Of a DNA stretch of 64,000 bases, positions 59,728-64,000 are shown one piece after another. Numbering within the stretch: position 1 is the stretch's first letter; each line of letters starts with the position of its first letter. The translations under genes were made by a program, and so were the position numbers. The notes below the pieces were generated by a model. It was not told where the DNA came from. It was given only the letters and a program-made list of their open reading frames with translations, and made no database searches. Source of the stretch: Candidatus Eiseniibacteriota bacterium (lineage in GTDB: Bacteria > Eisenbacteria > RBG-16-71-46 > CAIMUX01 > VGJL01); NCBI GenBank assembly GCA_041946735.1, contig JBHGAY010000019.1:49594-113593 (forward strand), written 5' to 3'.

Positions 59728-61067
59728 GCCAGCACCCTCCTCATCGCCGCCGCCAGCCGGTCCATCTCCTCGCGGGTCCTCTTCTCGGTCACGGCGACCA
59801 GGAGCCGGTCCTTCCATTCGGGACGGACACGGCCGAGGTCGATGCCGGCGAGGATGCGCTCCTCGTCGTAGATCGCGCGCGCGACCTCGGCCGCCGGACG
59901 CGGCAGGCGCAGCGCGAACTCGAAGAAGAACGGGCCCTGCGGCTCGCGCCGCACGCCGGGGATCGAGGTGAGGGACTTCTCGAGGTAGTGAGCCTTCTGC
60001 AGGCAGAGGTCGGCCATCCGGGAGAGACCTCCGGGGCCGAGCAGGGAGAGCGTGATCGTGAAGCCGAGCGCGACGAGCGAGTTGTTCGTGCAGATGTTCG
60101 ACGTCGCCTTCTCGCGGCGGATGTGCTGCTCGCGCGTCTGGAGCGTGAGGACGAAGCCGCGCCGTCCTTCGCGGTCGACCGTCTCGGCGACGAGGCGGCC
60201 GGGCAGGCGGCGGATCAGCTCCTTCTTGCAGGCGAAGAGGCCGCAGGCGGGACCGCCGAAGGCCGGCCCGCCTCCCAGGTTCTGCCCTTCGCCGACGACG
60301 ATGTCGGCGCCGAGCTTGCCGGGGGCCTCGAGGCGCGCGAGCGCGACCGGATCGGAGGAGACGACGAGCAGCGCGCCGGCCGCGTGGACCGCGTCGGCGA
60401 TCGGCCCGAGCGTCTCGATTCCACCGAGGAAGTTCGGCTGCTGCACGAGGAGCGCGGCGGTCTCGCCGTCGAGGTGCTTCGCGAGTTCGGCGGGCGAAAG
60501 CGGCCCTTCCGTCCCGACGTCGACGAATGAGAGACCCGGCGGAACGCCGTAGGTCTCGAGGATGGCGCGATGGTGAGGGTGGAAGGTGCGGGCGACCAGG
60601 ATCTTGTTGCGGCCGGTCGCGCCCGACGCCATCAGCGCCGCTTCGGCGGCCGCGGATCCCGCGTCGTACATCGAGGCGTTGGCGACCGGAAGGCCGGTCA
60701 GCTCCGAGACCATCGTCTGGAACTCGAAGATCGCCATGAGCGTCCCCTGGGAGACCTCAGGCTGGTAGGGCGTGTAGGCGGTGTAGAACTCGCTGCGGAG
60801 CAGCATGTGCTGCACCGCGGCGGGAACGTCGTGGTCGTAGAGGCCTCCACCGAGGAAGGAAGGCGTGGTCGCCGGGTCGTAGTTCTTGATCTCCGCTTCG
60901 CGGAAGAGACGCCGCACCTCGAGCTCGCTCTGTCCCTTGGGAATGTCGATCGGACGGCCGAGCCGAAGCGACTCCGGAAGGTCGGGAATCAACTCCTCGA
61001 AACGCGAGACGCCGATCGCGCGAAGCAGCTCTTTCTCTTCCCCGGGACCGTGTCCCGTGTACGGCAT
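59724..61067 (-). CDS. gcvPA: Glycine decarboxylase subunit 1
   Basis: FYTAYTPYQPEVSQGTL, ANASMYD, LQTREQHIRREKATSNICTN. Confidence 0.96.
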   Translation of the reverse strand: MPYTGHGPGEEKELLRAIGVSRFEELIPDLPESLRLGRPIDIPKGQSELEVRRLFREAEIKNYDPATTPSFLGGGLYDHDVPAAVQHMLLRSEFYTAYTPYQPEVSQGTLMAIFEFQTMVSELTGLPVANASMYDAGSAAAEAALMASGATGRNKILVARTFHPHHRAILETYGVPPGLSFVDVGTEGPLSPAELAKHLDGETAALLVQQPNFLGGIETLGPIADAVHAAGALLVVSSDPVALARLEAPGKLGADIVVGEGQNLGGGPAFGGPACGLFACKKELIRRLPGRLVAETVDREGRRGFVLTLQTREQHIRREKATSNICTNNSLVALGFTITLSLLGPGGLSRMADLCLQKAHYLEKSLTSIPGVRREPQGPFFFEFALRLPRPAAEVARAIYDEERILAGIDLGRVRPEWKDRLLVAVTEKRTREEMDRLAAAMRRVLA

Positions 61068-61462
61068 CAGGCGCCTCCCTCGAGGCCGCGGACCATCTCC
61101 TCGTACGCCTCCGGCGTCAGGAGCGCGTCGAGCTCCTTGGCGTTCTGGATGCGCGCGCGGATCATCCACCCCTCGTCATAGGGAGAGCGGTTCACGACGC
61201 TCGGATCGTTCGCGATCGCCTCGTTCACCTCGGCCACTTCGCCGTTCACCGGACTGAAGAGGTCGCTCACCGTCTTTACCGCCTCCACCGATCCGAACGG
61301 CTGCATGTGATGCAGAGCCGTCCCCGCCGACGGCAGCTCGACGAAGACGATGTCGCCGAGCGCGCCCTGCGCGTAGTCGGTGATGCCGATCTTCACGTGG
61401 TCCGGCCCGTCGGGACGGACCCACTCGTGCTCGTTCGTGTAGCGGCAGTCCTTCGGAATCAT
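61067..61462 (-). CDS. gcvH: Glycine cleavage H protein
   Basis: HEWV, GITDYAQGALGDIVFVELP, VEAVKTVSD (lipoyl lysine), NRSPYDEGW. Confidence 0.96.
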   Translation of the reverse strand: MIPKDCRYTNEHEWVRPDGPDHVKIGITDYAQGALGDIVFVELPSAGTALHHMQPFGSVEAVKTVSDLFSPVNGEVAEVNEAIANDPSVVNRSPYDEGWMIRARIQNAKELDALLTPEAYEEMVRGLEGGA

Positions 61463-61482
61463 CCTCCCTCCCTCCTCCACCC

Positions 61483-62586
61483 TCAGCGGTGAGACGCGTT
61501 CTTGTAGAAAGGCCGCTCGACGACGACGGCCGGGACGCTCGTCCCGCGCACGTCGATCGAGAGGCGGGTGCCGACCGCGGCGAGGTCCGGCGGGACGTAG
61601 CCGAGCCCCATCCCCTTGTTGCCGAGGCTCGGGCAGGGTCCCCCGCTGGTGACCTTCCCGACCGCGCGACCTTCGTGCAGGATCGTCTGGCCGTGGCGGG
61701 GCATCCGCACCCCCTCGACCTCGAATCCGGCGATCGTTTTGGGCAGCCCCTTCTCCTTGAGGCGGAGCAGCGGCTCCTTTCCGAAGAAGTCAGGCTTCTT
61801 GAGCTTCACCGTCCAGCCGATCCCCGCTTCCAGCGGCGTCGTCTCGCGGTCCAGCTCGTTTCCATAGAGCGCGTACCCCATCTCGAAGCGCAGGGTGTCG
61901 CGCGCCCCGAGACCGATCGGGCGAACGCCGCGCTCGAGCAGCGCTTTCCACAGGTCGCTCGCGCCCTCCGCCGGGAGGTAGATCTCGAAGCCGTCCTCGC
62001 CGGTGTAGCCGTTCCGCGAGATCAGGACGTCGGGGACGCCGAGGACGGTGAAGCGCCCGTAGCGGTAATAGCCGATTGGATCGAGATCGCCCGAGACGAG
62101 CGGAGAGAAACGCTCCTGCGCCCGCGGTCCCTGGACGGCGAGCTGCGCGATCGCGTCGCTCTCGTCGACCAGCGTCACGTCGGCCGGCTTGTGGGAGGCG
62201 ATCCAGTCCCAATCCGGCTTGCGGTTCGACGCATTGACGACGAGCAGGCAGCCGTCCTCGAGCTTGTAGGCGGTGACGTCGTCGATGATCCCGCCGCTCT
62301 CGTCGCAGAGCGCGGCGTAGAGAACCTGGCCGACTGCGGCCTTCTCGAAATCGTTGGTGATCAGCTTCTGGACGTAGGAATGGGCCCCGGGACCGCCGAA
62401 GCGGAAGCGGCCCATGTGGGAGACGTCGAAGACGCCCGCGTCGGTCCGGACGATCCTGTGCTCCTCGAGCTGGCCTGTCGGATACTGGATGGGCATCTCC
62501 CAACCCGCGAACCCCACCATTTTTGCGCCCCCCTCGCGATGGTTCGCCCACAAGGGGGTCCTGCGCAGCACCTCACCCATCTCCAT
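61483..62586 (-). CDS. gcvT: Glycine cleavage T protein (aminomethyltransferase)
   Basis: FAGWEMPIQY, FDVSHMG, AVQGP, GYTGEDGFEI, GLGARDTLRFE. Confidence 0.96.
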   Translation of the reverse strand: MEMGEVLRRTPLWANHREGGAKMVGFAGWEMPIQYPTGQLEEHRIVRTDAGVFDVSHMGRFRFGGPGAHSYVQKLITNDFEKAAVGQVLYAALCDESGGIIDDVTAYKLEDGCLLVVNASNRKPDWDWIASHKPADVTLVDESDAIAQLAVQGPRAQERFSPLVSGDLDPIGYYRYGRFTVLGVPDVLISRNGYTGEDGFEIYLPAEGASDLWKALLERGVRPIGLGARDTLRFEMGYALYGNELDRETTPLEAGIGWTVKLKKPDFFGKEPLLRLKEKGLPKTIAGFEVEGVRMPRHGQTILHEGRAVGKVTSGGPCPSLGNKGMGLGYVPPDLAAVGTRLSIDVRGTSVPAVVVERPFYKNASHR

Positions 62587-62634
62587 CCTTCCCTGGTGAT
62601 GAAACGTGGTAATCGTTGAACGCGCAACGCGTTC

Positions 62635-62664
62635 ATGCTAGGGGCGCTGCCGGAGGGGTGTCAA
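62635..62664 (-). promoter_or_regulatory. Sigma-70 promoter of the gcv operon
   Basis: Perfect TTGACA (62659-62664), 18-nt spacer, TAGCAT (62635-62640), about 50 nt above gcvT. Confidence 0.7.
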
Positions 62665-62712
62665 GGCCGGCGGTCCAGGAGCCATCATCAGGAAAGGACA
62701 TCGGGGGACATC

Positions 62713-63798
62713 ATGAAAGCGACGCATCTGCTTCGCCCGCTCGCGCTGGCGAGTCTGCTCCCGTTCTGCACCCTCCCCGCCGGCTGTGGCCGGGGGGATC
62801 CGACTTCCGATCCCACGGCGCCGGGCGTGGAGTCCGACCCGCACAGCGTCACCCCCGGCGTCGTCCTGAACGAGGATTTCACGGACCGTCAGATCTTCCC
62901 GCCGGACAACTGGTGGAATCTCGAGGTGACGCAGGCCCCGGTCGATCCGCGATCCCAGGAGCTGATCGACTGGATCAGCGGGCGGACGCCGGAGGATCCC
63001 GACGCGGTCGCGCGGCTGCATCCCGACTTCGGCCCCCCTCCGTATGGAATGCCGTACATCGGCGTCTCGGGGACGCAGCCGCTCGAGCCGGTCACGTTCG
63101 TGATCTACCCGGAGGAGAGCGACCCGGGGGCGCCTGGGATGCCGCCCGGGTATCCGATCCCGGTCGAGGCGCGCGAGCTTCCGAACTACATCGAGGGGGG
63201 CGTGCCGGGCGGAGGGGATGAAGGTGACCGCCACATGCTGATCGTCGACCGGGACCATTGGCTGCTGTTCGAGACGTGGGCGACCTCGTGGAACGACGAG
63301 CGGCAGCGCTGGGAGGCGGGATCGGGGGCGGTCTGGAACCTCTCGACGAACGACCGGCGCCCGGAGGGCTGGACCTCGGCCGACGCTGCAGGGCTCGCGA
63401 TATTCCCGGGATTGATCAAGTACGAGGAGGCCTACGGCGAGGAGCCGATCCGCCACGCCTTCCGCTTCACGACGCGCGCGACGAACGGCTACGTCTGGCC
63501 GGCATCGCACGAGGCGGGGGACGACCCGGAGGCCCCGCCGATGGGAACGCGGTTGCGGATGAAGGCGGACGTCGACCTGTCCGCGTTCCCGGAGCCGCTG
63601 CAGCGGCTGTTTCAGGCGATGAAGGAGTACGGCCTGATCCTCGCGGACAACGGAACGGACATGTATATCCAGGGGACCATGGATCCGCGGTGGGACAACG
63701 AGATCCTGAACCCCGCCTTCCACTCGCTGCACGCCGACGACTTCGAGGTGCTCGAACTGGGATGGAACCCGGTCTCCTCGGGAGTGACGGAGGAGTAG
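62713..63798 (+). CDS. Hypothetical lipoprotein
   Basis: ATG after GGGGGA; lipobox LPAGC; conserved-looking FPPDNWWN, GDRH, GWTSADAAGLAIFPGL, RHAFRF, YGLILADNG. Confidence 0.7.
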   Translation: MKATHLLRPLALASLLPFCTLPAGCGRGDPTSDPTAPGVESDPHSVTPGVVLNEDFTDRQIFPPDNWWNLEVTQAPVDPRSQELIDWISGRTPEDPDAVARLHPDFGPPPYGMPYIGVSGTQPLEPVTFVIYPEESDPGAPGMPPGYPIPVEARELPNYIEGGVPGGGDEGDRHMLIVDRDHWLLFETWATSWNDERQRWEAGSGAVWNLSTNDRRPEGWTSADAAGLAIFPGLIKYEEAYGEEPIRHAFRFTTRATNGYVWPASHEAGDDPEAPPMGTRLRMKADVDLSAFPEPLQRLFQAMKEYGLILADNGTDMYIQGTMDPRWDNEILNPAFHSLHADDFEVLELGWNPVSSGVTEE

Positions 63799-63820
63799 GC
63801 GCACGGCGGTCCGCTCGGGG

Positions 63821-64000
63821 TCAGCGACTCGCTACGATTCGCTGCCCGCGCGTCCGGAGGAGGCCGCCGCCCAGGTCCCAGCGAAGCTCGTCGGGCGCGG
63901 TGCCTTCGACCCGCAGGCGCCCCTCGTGGATCAGCTTGTGGTGCGCCGAGCAGACGCACACCTGGTTGGCCGCGACGTCCGGGCCGCCGAGACCGAGCGG
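63821..64000 (-). CDS. C-terminus of an HNH endonuclease-domain protein (5' part outside the window)
   Basis: Manual translation gives PLGLGGPDVAANQVCVCSAHHKLIHEGRLRVEG...*, matching the GG-x5-N-x4-C-x2-HH-x3-H end of HNH domains. Confidence 0.7.
   Translation of the reverse strand, partial: PLGLGGPDVAANQVCVCSAHHKLIHEGRLRVEGTAPDELRWDLGGGLLRTRGQRIVASR

Noticed and set aside
62587..62712. Glycine riboswitch upstream of gcvT
   Set aside because: The promoter lies about 50 nt from the start codon, leaving no room, and no aptamer motifs were seen.

Overview
High-GC (roughly 70% by eye) bacterial chromosomal segment with almost all genes on the minus strand. The mix of Myxococcus/Geobacter-like pilus genes and PorV/T9SS-like genes suggests an FCB-related candidate phylum such as Ca. 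Eisenbacteria (inference only). Read in transcription order (right to left) it holds: (1) a glycine cleavage operon, gcvT-H-PA-PB, running directly into eight tightly coupled uncharacterised genes. These are built around an orphan GlmL/MutL-type (glutamate mutase L) ASKHA ATPase, a barrel-sandwich/KOW-like protein and four integral-membrane proteins, and are the best candidate for an undescribed system. (2) cspA and a large Ig-repeat lipoprotein. (3) A PorV-led outer-membrane cluster: M6-like protease with a T9SS-type C-terminal domain, two paralogous membrane proteins, a beta-propeller, a SprA-motif giant barrel, Omp85 and a PPIase. (4) ligA on the + strand, then GT2, DUF2304-like, dinG, hutU and hutI. 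(5) An SgmX-like TPR gene, an OM barrel, comEA and a complete type IVa pilus locus (pilB, DegT, pilTCSRA, ABC/TPR, pilDMNOPQ). No rRNA, tRNA, CRISPR or transposase was recognised. All family calls are motif recognition by eye, and several starts were reassigned from the ORF track using RBS and overlap evidence.
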